Shown here: one piece after another, positions 19,815 through 29,707 of the stretch
How the letters are laid out: each line of letters opens with the position of its first letter
Numbering within the stretch: position 1 is the first letter of the stretch
NCBI GenBank assembly: GCA_045126955.1
Contig: JBGVPJ010000047.1
Coordinates: 1 to 50,924 of the forward strand
DNA length: 50,924 nt
From: Faecousia sp.
GTDB taxonomy: Bacteria > Bacillota > Clostridia > Oscillospirales > Oscillospiraceae
Direction: 5' to 3'
Program-made: the position numbers and the translations under genes
The notes under the pieces: model-generated
Told to the model about the DNA's origin: nothing
The model's input: only the letters and a program-made list of their open reading frames with translations
Database searches by the model: none

Positions 19815-19825
19815 GGAGGCGCATT

Positions 19826-20887
19826 ATGGCAGAACGTGTACTTATGAAGGGCAACGAAGCCATTGCCGAGGCCGCCATCCGAGCAGGCTGTCGTCACTAC
19901 TTCGGCTACCCCATCACCCCCCAAACGGAAATTGCCGCCTATATGGCAAAGAAAATGCCCAAAATCGGCGGTGTGTTCCTGCAGGCGGAGAGTGAAATCG
20001 CATCCATTAACATGGTCTACGGCGCAGCTGCCGCCGGTGTGCGGGTCATGACCTCATCCTCCAGCCCCGGAATCTCCCTGAAGGCAGAGGGCTTGAGCTA
20101 CATAGCAGGCTCCGATGTGCCGGCACTGGTGGTAAATGTCCAGCGTGGCGGCCCCGGTCTCGGCGGTATTCAGCCCTCCCAGTCCGACTACTTCCAAGCT
20201 ACCAAGGGCGGTGGACACGGCGACTACAAAATGATTGTGCTGGCTCCCGCCTCCGTGCAGGAAATGGCAAGCCTTACCATCAAGGGCTTCAATTTGGCAG
20301 ACAAATACCTGATGACCTCCATGATTTTGGCTGACGGCACCATTGGACAGATGATGGAGCCTATCACCTTTGAGGATGCCGAAATTGAAACCTACGAAAA
20401 GCCTTGGGCGCTCACCGGTACCAAGGGACAGAGAACGCACAATGTTGTCAACTCCCTGTACCTGAAGCCGGATGAGCTGGAGGTTAAGAATTTCGAACGG
20501 TACGAGCGGTATAAAATCGTGGAAGAAAACGAACCCATGTGGGAGGAGTACATGATGGAAGACGCAGAGTATTGCGTCGTGGCCTTTGGCATTGCCTCCC
20601 GTGTGGCTAAGAATGCGGTGGTTGCCGCAAGAAATGAGGGCATTAAGGTGGGTCTTATCCGTCCCATCACTCTGTGGCCCTTCCCCAAGAAGGCCTTGCA
20701 GGCAGCAGCCGATAAAGTCAAGGGCTTCATTTCCGTGGAGCTGAGCATGGGTCAAATGATTGAAGACATCAAGCTCTATACCCAGTGCAAGCGTCCGGTT
20801 GCCCTGTGTAACCGTTGCGGCGGTATGATTCCCAGCCCCGATGAGGTGCTGTCATCCATCCGCAAGGCACAGAAAGGAGAGTTCTAA
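19826..20887 (+). CDS. vorB: 2-oxoacid:ferredoxin oxidoreductase alpha-type subunit (3-methyl-2-oxobutanoate dehydrogenase VorB-like)
   Basis: [43 protein letters not shown]. Confidence 0.9.
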   Translation: MAERVLMKGNEAIAEAAIRAGCRHYFGYPITPQTEIAAYMAKKMPKIGGVFLQAESEIASINMVYGAAAAGVRVMTSSSSPGISLKAEGLSYIAGSDVPALVVNVQRGGPGLGGIQPSQSDYFQATKGGGHGDYKMIVLAPASVQEMASLTIKGFNLADKYLMTSMILADGTIGQMMEPITFEDAEIETYEKPWALTGTKGQRTHNVVNSLYLKPDELEVKNFERYERYKIVEENEPMWEEYMMEDAEYCVVAFGIASRVAKNAVVAARNEGIKVGLIRPITLWPFPKKALQAAADKVKGFISVELSMGQMIEDIKLYTQCKRPVALCNRCGGMIPSPDEVLSSIRKAQKGEF

Positions 20888-20889
20888 CC

Positions 20890-21645
20890 ATGGCAGTTGT
20901 ATTTGAAAAGCCCAAGTCTTTGGCAGATATTCCTCTGCACTATTGTCCCGGCTGTCCCCACGGCATTATCCATCGACTGGTTGCCGAGGTGTTGGATGAA
21001 CTGGGCATTGAGGGAAATACCATCGGTGTTGCTCCCGTGGGCTGTGCCGTTATGGCCTACGATTATTTCACCTGTGACATGATTGAAGCGCCCCACGGCC
21101 GTGCTCCCGCTGTTGCCACCGGCATCAAGCGCAGCCGTCCGGAGAATGTTGTCTTTACTTATCAGGGAGACGGCGACCTTGCCTCCATCGGCATGGCAGA
21201 AACCGTCCACTCTGCCGCAAGAAACGAGAACATTACCGTGATTTTCGTGAACAATGCCATTTACGGCATGACCGGCGGCCAAATGGCACCCACCAGCCTT
21301 CCCGGACAGGTTACTCAAACATCTCCCTACGGCCGGGATGTGAATCACTGTGGTTGGCCCATTAAGGTTTGTGAAATGCTTGCAACATTGGAAGGCCCCG
21401 AGTACATCACCCGTGTGGCTGTGAACAACGTGAAAAACGTAAAGAACGCTAAAAAGGCCATCAAAAAAGCCTTTGAAAACCAAATCGCCGGTAAGGGTTT
21501 CTCCCTTGTGGAAGTGGTTTCTGCCTGCCCCACCAACTGGGGCATGACACCGCAAAAGGCACTGGAGTGGGTGGAAAGCGACATGCTTCCCTACTATCCC
21601 ATCGGCGTGTACAAGGACAAAACCGCTGCAAAGGAGGGCCTGTGA
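20890..21645 (+). CDS. 2-oxoacid:ferredoxin oxidoreductase TPP-binding beta subunit
   Basis: [27 protein letters not shown] motif, YGMTGGQ, CPTNW. Confidence 0.92.
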   Translation: MAVVFEKPKSLADIPLHYCPGCPHGIIHRLVAEVLDELGIEGNTIGVAPVGCAVMAYDYFTCDMIEAPHGRAPAVATGIKRSRPENVVFTYQGDGDLASIGMAETVHSAARNENITVIFVNNAIYGMTGGQMAPTSLPGQVTQTSPYGRDVNHCGWPIKVCEMLATLEGPEYITRVAVNNVKNVKNAKKAIKKAFENQIAGKGFSLVEVVSACPTNWGMTPQKALEWVESDMLPYYPIGVYKDKTAAKEGL

Positions 21646-21646
21646 T

Positions 21647-22183
21647 ATGAAAACCACACAGATTCTCATTGCCGGCTTTGGCGGACAGGGTATTCTGTTT
21701 GCCGGAAAGTTTTTGGCCTATAAGGGTCTTTTGGAGGAGCTGCAGGTATCTTGGCTTCCCTCTTACGGTCCGGAAATGCGTGGCGGTACCGCCAACTGCA
21801 ATGTAATCCTCTCCGATACCCCTGTGGGTAGCCCTATTATCACTGCGCCCGATGTGCTGATTGCCATGAACCTGCCGTCCCTGCAAAAATATGTGGACAC
21901 CGTGGTGCCCGGCGGACAGATTTATGTGGACTCTGCACTCATTGATGTAAAGGTGGAGCGCACCGATGTGGAGGTATTCTACATTCCTGCTACCCAATTG
22001 GCAAAGGACAATAACATCGCAACCCTTGCCAATATGATTATTGTGGGTCATCTGCTGGAAAACAACCCCAACCTGTCCTTTGAGGGCACGGATGCCGTGG
22101 TTGCCAAGCTGGTACCCCCCAAGAAAGCCGCCCTCGTGGAGCTGAACCAAAAGGCTTTGGCACTGGGTAAAAATTATAAATAA
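21647..22183 (+). CDS. 2-oxoacid:ferredoxin oxidoreductase gamma subunit
   Basis: AGFGGQG, PSYGPEMRGG motifs. Confidence 0.92.
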   Translation: MKTTQILIAGFGGQGILFAGKFLAYKGLLEELQVSWLPSYGPEMRGGTANCNVILSDTPVGSPIITAPDVLIAMNLPSLQKYVDTVVPGGQIYVDSALIDVKVERTDVEVFYIPATQLAKDNNIATLANMIIVGHLLENNPNLSFEGTDAVVAKLVPPKKAALVELNQKALALGKNYK

Positions 22184-22207
22184 CAAAACAATTTAGGAGG
22201 AATAAAT

Positions 22208-23239
22208 ATGAATGCAATGACCGAAATGAGCAACTTCCGTCATGAGAAGGTTCTGTTCATCAACAATGAAAAGGCTGGTTTGAAGGCCATTATCGCCGTT
22301 CACAACACCAATCTTGGCCCCGCCATCGGCGGCTGCCGTCTGTTCCCTTATGAGTCCTACGACGCTGCTCTGTTTGATGTTCTGCGTCTGTCCCGGGGCA
22401 TGTCCCACAAGAACGCAGTGGCCGGTCTGCCCCACGGCGGCGGCAAGGGCGTTATCATCGCTGACCCCTCACAGAAGACCGAGGCTATGTTCGAGGCCTT
22501 TGGCGAGGCTGTCAACAACCTGGGCGGCGACTACATCACTGCCGAGGACGTGAACACCACCTGTGACGATGCACTGGTGATGCTCCGCAAGACCAACCAC
22601 ATCTGCGGCCTGCCTCAGAACAGCGGCGATCCCTCTCCCTTCACCGCACGGGGCGTATGGCAGGGTATTAAGGCTACCGCCAAGGTGGCTTTGGACCGGG
22701 ATTCTCTGGAAGGATTGACCATCGCTGTGCAGGGTCTTGGCAAGGTCGGCTACGATCTGTGCCGTCTGCTGCACGAGTCCGGCGCCAAGCTGATCGTAGC
22801 TAACCGCAGCAACAAGGCAGCTGCTGAGCGTGCTGCCGACGAGTTCGGTGCCATCGTGGTTCCTACTGAAGAAATCATGCGTCAGGAGTGCGACATTTTC
22901 TCCCCCAACGCCATGGGCGCTATTTTGAACCCCAACACCATTCCTTACCTGAACTGTAAGGCAGTCGCCGGCGGTGCCAACAACCAGATTCTGGATGAGG
23001 CATCCGGTTTGGCTCTGAAGGCCCGGGGTATCTACTACGCACCCGACTTCGTCATCAACGGCGGCGGTGTTATCAATGCAGCTGCTGAGGTGGACGGTCC
23101 CTACGATGTGAAGGCCGTGCTTGCCAAGGTGGACAACATCTACAACTCCATCGAGCACATTCTCACCGAGTCCAAGGCTACCGGCGAACCCGAAGGTGTT
23201 ATCGCCACCCGTTACGCCGAGTCCATCATCTACAAATAA
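22208..23239 (+). CDS. Leucine (Glu/Leu/Phe/Val) dehydrogenase
   Basis: IIAVHNTNLGPAIGGCR, LRLSRGMSHK, GGGKGV, TAEDV, GDPSPFTA, QGLGKVG, GGANNQ, PDFVINGGG. Confidence 0.92.
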   Translation: MNAMTEMSNFRHEKVLFINNEKAGLKAIIAVHNTNLGPAIGGCRLFPYESYDAALFDVLRLSRGMSHKNAVAGLPHGGGKGVIIADPSQKTEAMFEAFGEAVNNLGGDYITAEDVNTTCDDALVMLRKTNHICGLPQNSGDPSPFTARGVWQGIKATAKVALDRDSLEGLTIAVQGLGKVGYDLCRLLHESGAKLIVANRSNKAAAERAADEFGAIVVPTEEIMRQECDIFSPNAMGAILNPNTIPYLNCKAVAGGANNQILDEASGLALKARGIYYAPDFVINGGGVINAAAEVDGPYDVKAVLAKVDNIYNSIEHILTESKATGEPEGVIATRYAESIIYK

Positions 23240-23245
23240 TCCAAA

Positions 23246-23280
23246 AAGCATTGGGTGTGTCAAAAACACACCCAATGCTT
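23246..23280 (+). terminator. Hairpin after leucine dehydrogenase
   Basis: aagcattgggtgtgt / acacacccaatgctt perfect inverted repeat. Confidence 0.6.
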
Positions 23281-23299
23281 ATGAAGAAGGTACTTTGTT

Positions 23300-24085
23300 T
23301 TGGAATTTATCGACTTTCATACCCACGTTTATCCTGATGCTATTGCCTCCAAGGCAGCTGAGAGCATCCGGCAGTTCTATTCTCTTGACGAGTATGTTTT
23401 GGATGGGACTGCTCAAATGTTACTGCGGCAGGGGCAGGCTGCCGGCACCAACCGGTATGTGATTTTGCCGGTTGCCGTCCGCCCGGAGCGCACCCGGCAC
23501 ATTAACGATTTTATCATCGGGCAGGTCGCTCAGGAGCCAAGGTTTTTTGGCTTTGGCACTGTCCATGCAGGCATGGAAAATATTACGGCAGAAGTGGACT
23601 ACATCCGAGAAAAGGGTCTGCGGGGACTGAAAATGCATCCGGATTTTCAGGTGTTTTCCATTGATGACCCCCGACTGTTTCCGGTGTATGAGCAGTTACA
23701 GGGAGAACTGCCCGTGCTGCTTCACATGGGAGACCACCGGTATGATTACTCTCATCCTGCCCGTCTGCGGCACGTTTTGGAGCTTTTTCCGAAATTGCAG
23801 GTCATTGCCGCCCATTTCGGCGGCTACGAGATGTATGAAGAGGCTTACAAGTATCTCAAGGATACCAATTGCTTCTTTGATGTTTCCAGCACCCTTATGT
23901 TCATGGACGAAGGGGTTGCGGAAGATTATATCGGCCGCTACGGCGCCGAGCGTTTTGTCTATGGCAGCGACTATCCCCTGTGGGACCCTGCTGTGGAAAT
24001 GGAGCGCTTCTTAAAGCTAAAGCTTACAGATGCCCAATTCGAGCAAATCGCCCACAAAACCGCCGAAGAGATTTTGAAGATTTAA
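23300..24085 (+). CDS. Amidohydrolase family protein (Amidohydro_2-like)
   Basis: IDFHTH, GLKMHP, LLHMG, AAHFGG, YGSDYP; TTG start. Confidence 0.88.
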   Translation: MEFIDFHTHVYPDAIASKAAESIRQFYSLDEYVLDGTAQMLLRQGQAAGTNRYVILPVAVRPERTRHINDFIIGQVAQEPRFFGFGTVHAGMENITAEVDYIREKGLRGLKMHPDFQVFSIDDPRLFPVYEQLQGELPVLLHMGDHRYDYSHPARLRHVLELFPKLQVIAAHFGGYEMYEEAYKYLKDTNCFFDVSSTLMFMDEGVAEDYIGRYGAERFVYGSDYPLWDPAVEMERFLKLKLTDAQFEQIAHKTAEEILKI

Positions 24086-24224
24086 GCACTGCCGGAAATC
24101 CCGTGAGATTGCCGGCGGTGCTTATTTTTCCTCCGGAGTGTAGGTGTCACACATACATGAAAATTGAAAGAAAGTACAGGAAATAATGCTTGACTTTCTA
24201 TAAAAGCTATGATAAAATACCCGA

Positions 24225-24345
24225 GTAATAAAGAAGGCCAAATATCCGCCTCACCTCAAGCTGACTGCAAAGAGGTCAATATTCCACCTTTCCCTGCGGG
24301 GAGACTGTGCGAATGTGCGGATGCGTGGCATCCGCTTTTTTGTTT
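24225..24345 (+). promoter_or_regulatory. Probable L20 leader RNA upstream of infC-rpmI-rplT
   Basis: Structured leader (ccgc..gcgg pairing; terminator-like gcggatgc..gcatccgc-tttttt) after a TTGACT-N17-TAAAAT promoter, in the position known for the Firmicute L20 leader. Confidence 0.6.
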
Positions 24346-24367
24346 TTATTTTGTGGAGGTGCTTATC

Positions 24368-24886
24368 ATAGCCAAGTTAGATCATCAGCTAAATGAGGAA
24401 ATCCGGGACAAGGAGATTCGTGTCATCGGTGAGGACGGTACACAACTGGGCATCATGTCTGCCGATCAGGCCAATGCATTGGCCGAGGAGCAGGGCTTTG
24501 ACCTGGTAAAAATCTCTCCCAATGCAGTTCCCCCTGTCTGCAAAATCATGGATTACTCCAAATTCTGTTTCGACCAAAAGAAACGGGAAAAGGAAGCCAA
24601 GAAGAACCAGCACGTGGTGGAAGTCAAGGAAATCCGCATGAGCCCCGGTATTGATACCAATGACTTTAACACCAAGGTCAAGTCTGCCCAAAAGTTCCTA
24701 AAGGACGGCGACCGGGTCAAGGTAAGCGTACGCTTCCGTGGCCGTGAGATGGCACACACCGATCTGGGTGAGAAGTTGCTGATGAATTTTGCTGAGGCCT
24801 GTGCTGACACCGCTTCCATGGAGAAAAACCCCAAGCTGGAAGGCCGGTTCATGGGAATGTTCCTGGCCCCTAAAAACAGTAAGTAA
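24368..24886 (+). CDS. infC: Translation initiation factor IF-3 (non-AUG start, probably ATA)
   Basis: [35 protein letters not shown]; ggaggt RBS 7 nt before an in-frame ATA, with no ATG nearby. Confidence 0.93.
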   Translation: MAKLDHQLNEEIRDKEIRVIGEDGTQLGIMSADQANALAEEQGFDLVKISPNAVPPVCKIMDYSKFCFDQKKREKEAKKNQHVVEVKEIRMSPGIDTNDFNTKVKSAQKFLKDGDRVKVSVRFRGREMAHTDLGEKLLMNFAEACADTASMEKNPKLEGRFMGMFLAPKNSK

Positions 24887-24930
24887 CAAATTTTTGTTCT
24901 ATTACCAACGATACGGAAGGAGAACCAATT

Positions 24931-25128
24931 ATGCCCAAGCTGAAAACACATAGCGGTGCAAAGAAGAGATTCAACCTGACCAAATCCGGTAAGGTTAAGA
25001 GAGCCCGCGCTTACAAGAGCCATATCCTCACCAAGAAGGATACCAAGCGTACCCGTCGTCTTCGCACCACTGCCTACGCTGATGAGACCAACGTAGCCAC
25101 TGTTAAGAAGATGATTCCCTACAAATAA
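24931..25128 (+). CDS. rpmI: 50S ribosomal protein L35
   Basis: [20 protein letters not shown]. Confidence 0.97.
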   Translation: MPKLKTHSGAKKRFNLTKSGKVKRARAYKSHILTKKDTKRTRRLRTTAYADETNVATVKKMIPYK

Positions 25129-25148
25129 GCCAAGGAGGATATTGAGAA

Positions 25149-25505
25149 ATGGCAAGAGTCAAAGGCGCAATGATGACGCGCAAAAGAAGAAATGCTACCC
25201 TGAAGCTGGCCAAGGGCTACTGGGGTTCTAAGTCTACTCACTTTAAGATGGCCAAGCAGCAGGTCATGAAGTCCGGCAACTATGCTTACGTTGGCCGCAA
25301 GCTGAAGAAGCGTGACTACCGCAGACTGTGGATCACTCGTCTGTCCGCTGCTGTTGCTCCCTACGGTCTGAACTACTCCACCTTCATGCACGGTGTGAAG
25401 CTGGCCGGTATCGAGATGAACCGCAAGAGCCTGTCCGAAATGGCTATTCAGGACTCCGCCGCTTTCGCCGCTCTGGTTGAGAAGGCAAAGGCTGCTCTGA
25501 ACTAA
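25149..25505 (+). CDS. rplT: 50S ribosomal protein L20
   Basis: [27 protein letters not shown]. Confidence 0.97.
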   Translation: MARVKGAMMTRKRRNATLKLAKGYWGSKSTHFKMAKQQVMKSGNYAYVGRKLKKRDYRRLWITRLSAAVAPYGLNYSTFMHGVKLAGIEMNRKSLSEMAIQDSAAFAALVEKAKAALN

Positions 25506-25510
25506 AATAC

Positions 25511-25550
25511 AAAAACTGCTCTGCCAATTGGCAGAGCAGTTTTTTCTTTT
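25511..25550. terminator. Rho-independent terminator (bidirectional)
   Basis: aaaaactgctctgcc-aatt-ggcagagcagtttttt. Confidence 0.85.
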
Positions 25551-25602
25551 TCCATTTTATGTGTTTGTATCAGTATAGCCCAAACAGGGGAAAAAGTCTA
25601 CT

Positions 25603-26808
25603 TTAAATCCCTAAAAAATCACCGCCGGAGGCTTGGTTTTTACTCCGGTAGAAAATATTCATGTATTTCAGAGCGTTGAATCGGGCATCGCCCTTAATTT
25701 GATAAAGGGCGTCCTTGTGATAGATATTCAGCTTGTTCTTGCCCAGCACGGTGATGACATTGATATCGTCAAAGAATAAGGTTTTGTTTCCGGCCTGAAT
25801 ACGGTTTCCGTAAAGGACAAGCTTTGCTTCTTTTTCCAGCACCACCTTGTGTTTGTAGGGCTCCACATGGCTGAACATGGCGATATCCTGATACAGGGGG
25901 GCTTCTATGTAAGCGGCGGTATCCAAATGATTTACAAAGTCGCATTGATATTGGTACCATTGGGCAACATAAGGGAATGGGAATTCACAACCCACACCCT
26001 GTAGTTGCTGATTGGGCAGATATCGGATTTGCCGACCGCAGGTTTTGCAGGTGATGATATCGTTTTCGCTGTGAAATTCCGCCAACCCGCACCAAGGGCA
26101 CACATACATGGCTCGCTCCAAATATTCTGCCAGTTTTTTATGATGAAATTCCTGCCCGGATTGGGTTTCATCCACATACAGTTCCTTTTGGATAAGGGCA
26201 AAAAGTTCTTCCTTGGACAAATCCTTGTATTCCTCCGGCTCGATAATCCGCTTCACATAGGCGCGCATGGTGCCCTTGCGGCATACATCGCTCCACCGTG
26301 GCTGGATGCCGTAGCCACCCTCAATGCGGAAGATGGCAAGGGGCAGACCCAGTTTTTTTATCAGCGGTGTGATGGCCGGATTGCTGTAGCAGGGTAGGCC
26401 GCTGAAGGTGCGGTTTCCCTCCGGGGCAAGGGCAATGGTGCCGCCTTCTCGGGCAACTTTGATACAGTTCATCACCGCTTGCACGTCGGTGGTCTGCTTT
26501 TTGATGGGGATGGGCGCCACCGCCCACCTTAACAGCCGGGACAGGAAACCCAAACTGAATAAATCCTCCGAGGCCACAAAATACGCATGGCGGGGGAACA
26601 GCGCCTTGCTCACAAAGAACTGGTCAAAGGCCGTCTGATGGTTCATAATGACCAGACATTGGCGTTTTTTCAGCTCCGGGCACTTGGTTACCCGGACATG
26701 GTACTTTAGCCGCATCCAGGGGAATATTACCAGCGCAGCCAGTTTAATAATGAATCTATGGCGGGGCAGTGTCCAGCGTTTGGCTTTTTGCTTGGTTTTG
26801 GTCTGCAT
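25603..26808 (-). CDS. Lysophospholipid acyltransferase family protein (PlsC-like, with C-terminal extension)
   Basis: NHQTAFD (NHxxxxD), PEGNR; CPWC..CKTC region. Confidence 0.85.
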   Translation of the reverse strand: MQTKTKQKAKRWTLPRHRFIIKLAALVIFPWMRLKYHVRVTKCPELKKRQCLVIMNHQTAFDQFFVSKALFPRHAYFVASEDLFSLGFLSRLLRWAVAPIPIKKQTTDVQAVMNCIKVAREGGTIALAPEGNRTFSGLPCYSNPAITPLIKKLGLPLAIFRIEGGYGIQPRWSDVCRKGTMRAYVKRIIEPEEYKDLSKEELFALIQKELYVDETQSGQEFHHKKLAEYLERAMYVCPWCGLAEFHSENDIITCKTCGRQIRYLPNQQLQGVGCEFPFPYVAQWYQYQCDFVNHLDTAAYIEAPLYQDIAMFSHVEPYKHKVVLEKEAKLVLYGNRIQAGNKTLFFDDINVITVLGKNKLNIYHKDALYQIKGDARFNALKYMNIFYRSKNQASGGDFLGI

Positions 26809-26954
26809 ATGTCACCTCAAAATGGGATAAAAAGTCTCAAATTTATAAACCTTAGAACAATGTGGATATTCTATCATTTTTTGGGGTCTTTTGTCAAGAA
26901 ACGGTCTTGCTCCCGGAGTATTCAGATGGTAAAATAAGAAAAAGAGGTGTAATT

Positions 26955-27386
26955 ATGGACTGGAATTTGGAAGAGGCTTTGGCTTATTATCAGAAGCAGG
27001 GCGCTCCCGGTGACCAAACGGCTCTTGTGAGTCTGCTTCGTGAGGTGCAAAAAGAGTTGGGTGGCGGCATTCCCAATTGGGTAATTGAAAAAATTGCTCA
27101 GCACTATGGGGTGAAGGAGAGCTATCTGTTGGCGGTGGTCAAGCGGATTCCCGATTTACGGCTGGAAAATACCCACCTGCTGGAGCTGTGCGGCGGCCCC
27201 AACTGCCGGGCAAGCCTTGCCCCCTTTGTGGAAAAGGCCTATGGTGCAAATCCCAAAGCATTTACCTTTAAAATTACCGGCTGTATGCGTATGTGCGGCA
27301 AGGGTCCCAACCTGAAATGGGACGGTAAGCTCTACAACCATGCGGACGAAGACCTCATCCGTCGTTTGGTGGAGGGGAAGGAATAG
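26955..27386 (+). CDS. NuoE/HydC-like [2Fe-2S] thioredoxin-fold protein
   Basis: LLREVQ..GGIP helical N-terminus; CGGPNC and CMRMCGKGPN. Confidence 0.8.
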   Translation: MDWNLEEALAYYQKQGAPGDQTALVSLLREVQKELGGGIPNWVIEKIAQHYGVKESYLLAVVKRIPDLRLENTHLLELCGGPNCRASLAPFVEKAYGANPKAFTFKITGCMRMCGKGPNLKWDGKLYNHADEDLIRRLVEGKE

Positions 27387-27464
27387 GGATGCTATATATT
27401 ATGGGCTTTTCCGAGATAGATTACCAATCCGTAAGAAACAAGGTAAGAGTGTAACGGCACGATA

Positions 27465-27496
27465 AAAAAGCCTGTTGCTTTTGCAACAGGCTTTTT
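27465..27496. terminator. Bidirectional terminator
   Basis: aaaaagcctgttgc-tttt-gcaacaggcttttt. Confidence 0.8.
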
Positions 27497-27497
27497 G

Positions 27498-28073
27498 CTA
27501 TAGTTGGTCCAAATTCAAGCGGAAGGGCTCCAAACAGTTGTCAATAAACCAGTCCAGCTCCGGACGGTTCATTTCTTTCATTGCCTGCAGGGTGGAGGCG
27601 GCGGCAGAGTCAAATTCCGTGTTGCCGGCCTTTTGCTCCTCAACGCACTTGATATAGGCAGAGAGCTTATCGGCGGCCTTAACCAAAGGCGTTACAGTCT
27701 CGTCCTCCTCCAACACCAAGCCGGCGTAGCTGTCTCGAAGGGCGGGAGGCAGCATGTCCAGCAGCCGCTCCCCGGCAATTCGCTCCACCTGCTTGTAGGC
27801 CAGCTTAATGTCCGGGTTGTAATACTTAATCGGGGTGGGCAGGTCTCCTGTGAGAATTTCCGAGGCATCGTGGTACAGGGCTGCCACAGCGCACTTATCC
27901 GGGTCGGGTCCTGCAAGCTGCAGAACATCCCGGCGAATCAGCGCCAAAGCATGGGCCAGCACAGCCACCTGGTGGCTGTGTTCCTGAATATTCTCAGAGA
28001 AGGTGTTGCGCATGAGTCCCCAACGGGTAATGTAGCGCATCCGACTTAAAAGCGCATAAAATTCGTTTGCCAT
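27498..28073 (-). CDS. yfbR: 5'-deoxynucleotidase (HD domain, YfbR-like)
   Basis: RMRYITRW, ENIQEHS, YHDASEILTGDLPTPIKY, ADKLSAYIKC. Confidence 0.9.
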   Translation of the reverse strand: MANEFYALLSRMRYITRWGLMRNTFSENIQEHSHQVAVLAHALALIRRDVLQLAGPDPDKCAVAALYHDASEILTGDLPTPIKYYNPDIKLAYKQVERIAGERLLDMLPPALRDSYAGLVLEEDETVTPLVKAADKLSAYIKCVEEQKAGNTEFDSAAASTLQAMKEMNRPELDWFIDNCLEPFRLNLDQL

Positions 28074-28074
28074 G

Positions 28075-28716
28075 TTATACCATTTCCTTCAAGCAATCTA
28101 ATAGTTTTCCGGGGTCATCACAGAAGTGGGTGGCACCGTTTTCTATTAAACAATCCTCGTCACGGAAGCCCCACAGCACCGTTAAGCAGGGGACACCGGC
28201 GTTTTTGGCAGTGAGGATGTCCACCTCGCTGTCTCCAACGTAAATGCAACGCTCCACGCCGATGGCGGCCATAGCCCGGTACACCATGTCCGGTGCCGGC
28301 TTTTTGGGGCAATCGTCACTCTGCCCCAAGGCAAAAATATCCCCGTCCAAATACTTTTTGCACAGCGGTTTGGTATCGTGGTCCGGTTTGTTGGATACCA
28401 CAGCCACGGGAAACTCCTTTCGGATTTCCGCCAATGCCTCCAAAATGCCGTCATAGGGACGGGTTTTGATCTGGTTATGTTGGGCATAGTAGGCGAGATA
28501 GGTGGCAAACGCCTCTGTGCGCAGGGCATCGTCGGCATCTGCAGGGAGGGATCGTTCAATTAAATTTTTGGCGCCGTTACCTAAAAAACGGCGGATTTCC
28601 ATGGGGCTGCGCTCTGGGCAGTTGTGGAGGCGCAGGGTGTAGTTGACGGAATCGGTCAGGTCCTCCAAGGTGTTTAGCAGTGTGCCGTCTAAGTCAAATA
28701 AAATGCCGGTTTTCAA
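28075..28716 (-). CDS. HAD-family hydrolase (phosphoglycolate phosphatase-like)
   Basis: FDLDGTL, VSNK, KKPAP, YVGDSEVD. Confidence 0.9.
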   Translation of the reverse strand: MKTGILFDLDGTLLNTLEDLTDSVNYTLRLHNCPERSPMEIRRFLGNGAKNLIERSLPADADDALRTEAFATYLAYYAQHNQIKTRPYDGILEALAEIRKEFPVAVVSNKPDHDTKPLCKKYLDGDIFALGQSDDCPKKPAPDMVYRAMAAIGVERCIYVGDSEVDILTAKNAGVPCLTVLWGFRDEDCLIENGATHFCDDPGKLLDCLKEMV

Positions 28717-28726
28717 TGGTAAATCC

Positions 28727-29704
28727 TCACTTGTTTTTCAGTACGCGGATATCCTCTCCCACAAAGGGCAAAAGCTGGAAGCTGCCCTGAAGCCGGGAGG
28801 CGATCTGGGGGGAGTACCGCTCTTTGATTTCGTTGATGCTCAGATTCGTGGAGATAATCATAGGCTTACCGGCCAGCAGGCGGTCGTTTACCAGCGCATA
28901 CAGGGCGGCGGTGACAAAATTGCCGGGCAGCTCCGTGCCCAAATCGTCCACAATCAGCAAATCGCAATCGTTAAATTTTGCAACTTCCGCGGCACTCTCC
29001 TCATCGGGATGGAAGCGGTTCTTTTCCAGCTTGGCAAACAGGTGCTGGGCACTTTCGTATGCTACGGAGTAGCCTTTCTCTGCCGCCTCTCGGGCAATGC
29101 ATGCGGATAGGAAGGTCTTGCCCAGTCCTGTACCGCCGTTAAACAGGAGGTTTCCTGCATCTGCGGTAAAGCCTGCGGCATATTTGCGGCAAGCCTCAAA
29201 GGTGCGTGTCATAATGAATCGGGGAGTCACACCGTATTTGGGGTCAATTTGCTCCGGATAGTATTCCACATGGAACCGGTCAAAGGTGTGCTCACCGGCA
29301 GAAAGCAGTGCCAGCTCTTTTTTCTGCTCCTCACGGCATAACTCCAGCAGGCAAGTGCACATGGCGCTGCCGATGTAGCCGGAGCCGCCGCAGTGACTGC
29401 AGATGGGACTCTCGTCTAAGTAAACAGGGGGGAATGCGGCGGCAATCAGTGCTTTGCGCTGGTCCTGCAGAGCCAAATTGGCTTGCTTCACCTGTGCAAG
29501 GGCCTCTTGTCCATCGGTGCCCTTGAGAAATGCTGCCTGTGCGGCAAGCACCATGGAGCTGCGCAGCTCTCTGTCAATCTCCCGGACACTGGGGAGCTTT
29601 TGGTAAATCTCCTGCAGGCGTGCCTGCTGCACCGACTCGCGGTCGGCCTTCTTGCTTTCCAGCCGCTGGCGCGCCCGGCGCACCACAGTGTTGCTGTATG
29701 CCAT
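28727..29704 (-). CDS. DnaC/IstB-like ATPase (helicase loader)
   Basis: CSHC..CTC Zn motif, GGTGLGKT, IVDDLGTE, ISTNL, SRL. Confidence 0.88.
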   Translation of the reverse strand: MAYSNTVVRRARQRLESKKADRESVQQARLQEIYQKLPSVREIDRELRSSMVLAAQAAFLKGTDGQEALAQVKQANLALQDQRKALIAAAFPPVYLDESPICSHCGGSGYIGSAMCTCLLELCREEQKKELALLSAGEHTFDRFHVEYYPEQIDPKYGVTPRFIMTRTFEACRKYAAGFTADAGNLLFNGGTGLGKTFLSACIAREAAEKGYSVAYESAQHLFAKLEKNRFHPDEESAAEVAKFNDCDLLIVDDLGTELPGNFVTAALYALVNDRLLAGKPMIISTNLSINEIKERYSPQIASRLQGSFQLLPFVGEDIRVLKNK

Positions 29705-29707
29705 AGG

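Noticed and set aside
4389-23275. Long antisense ORFs (e.g. 4389-5537, 9474-10577, 10674-11645, 12326-13228, 16720-18114, 22469-23275)
   Set aside because: They lie opposite well-supported genes, lack motifs and RBSs, and are expected from codon bias.
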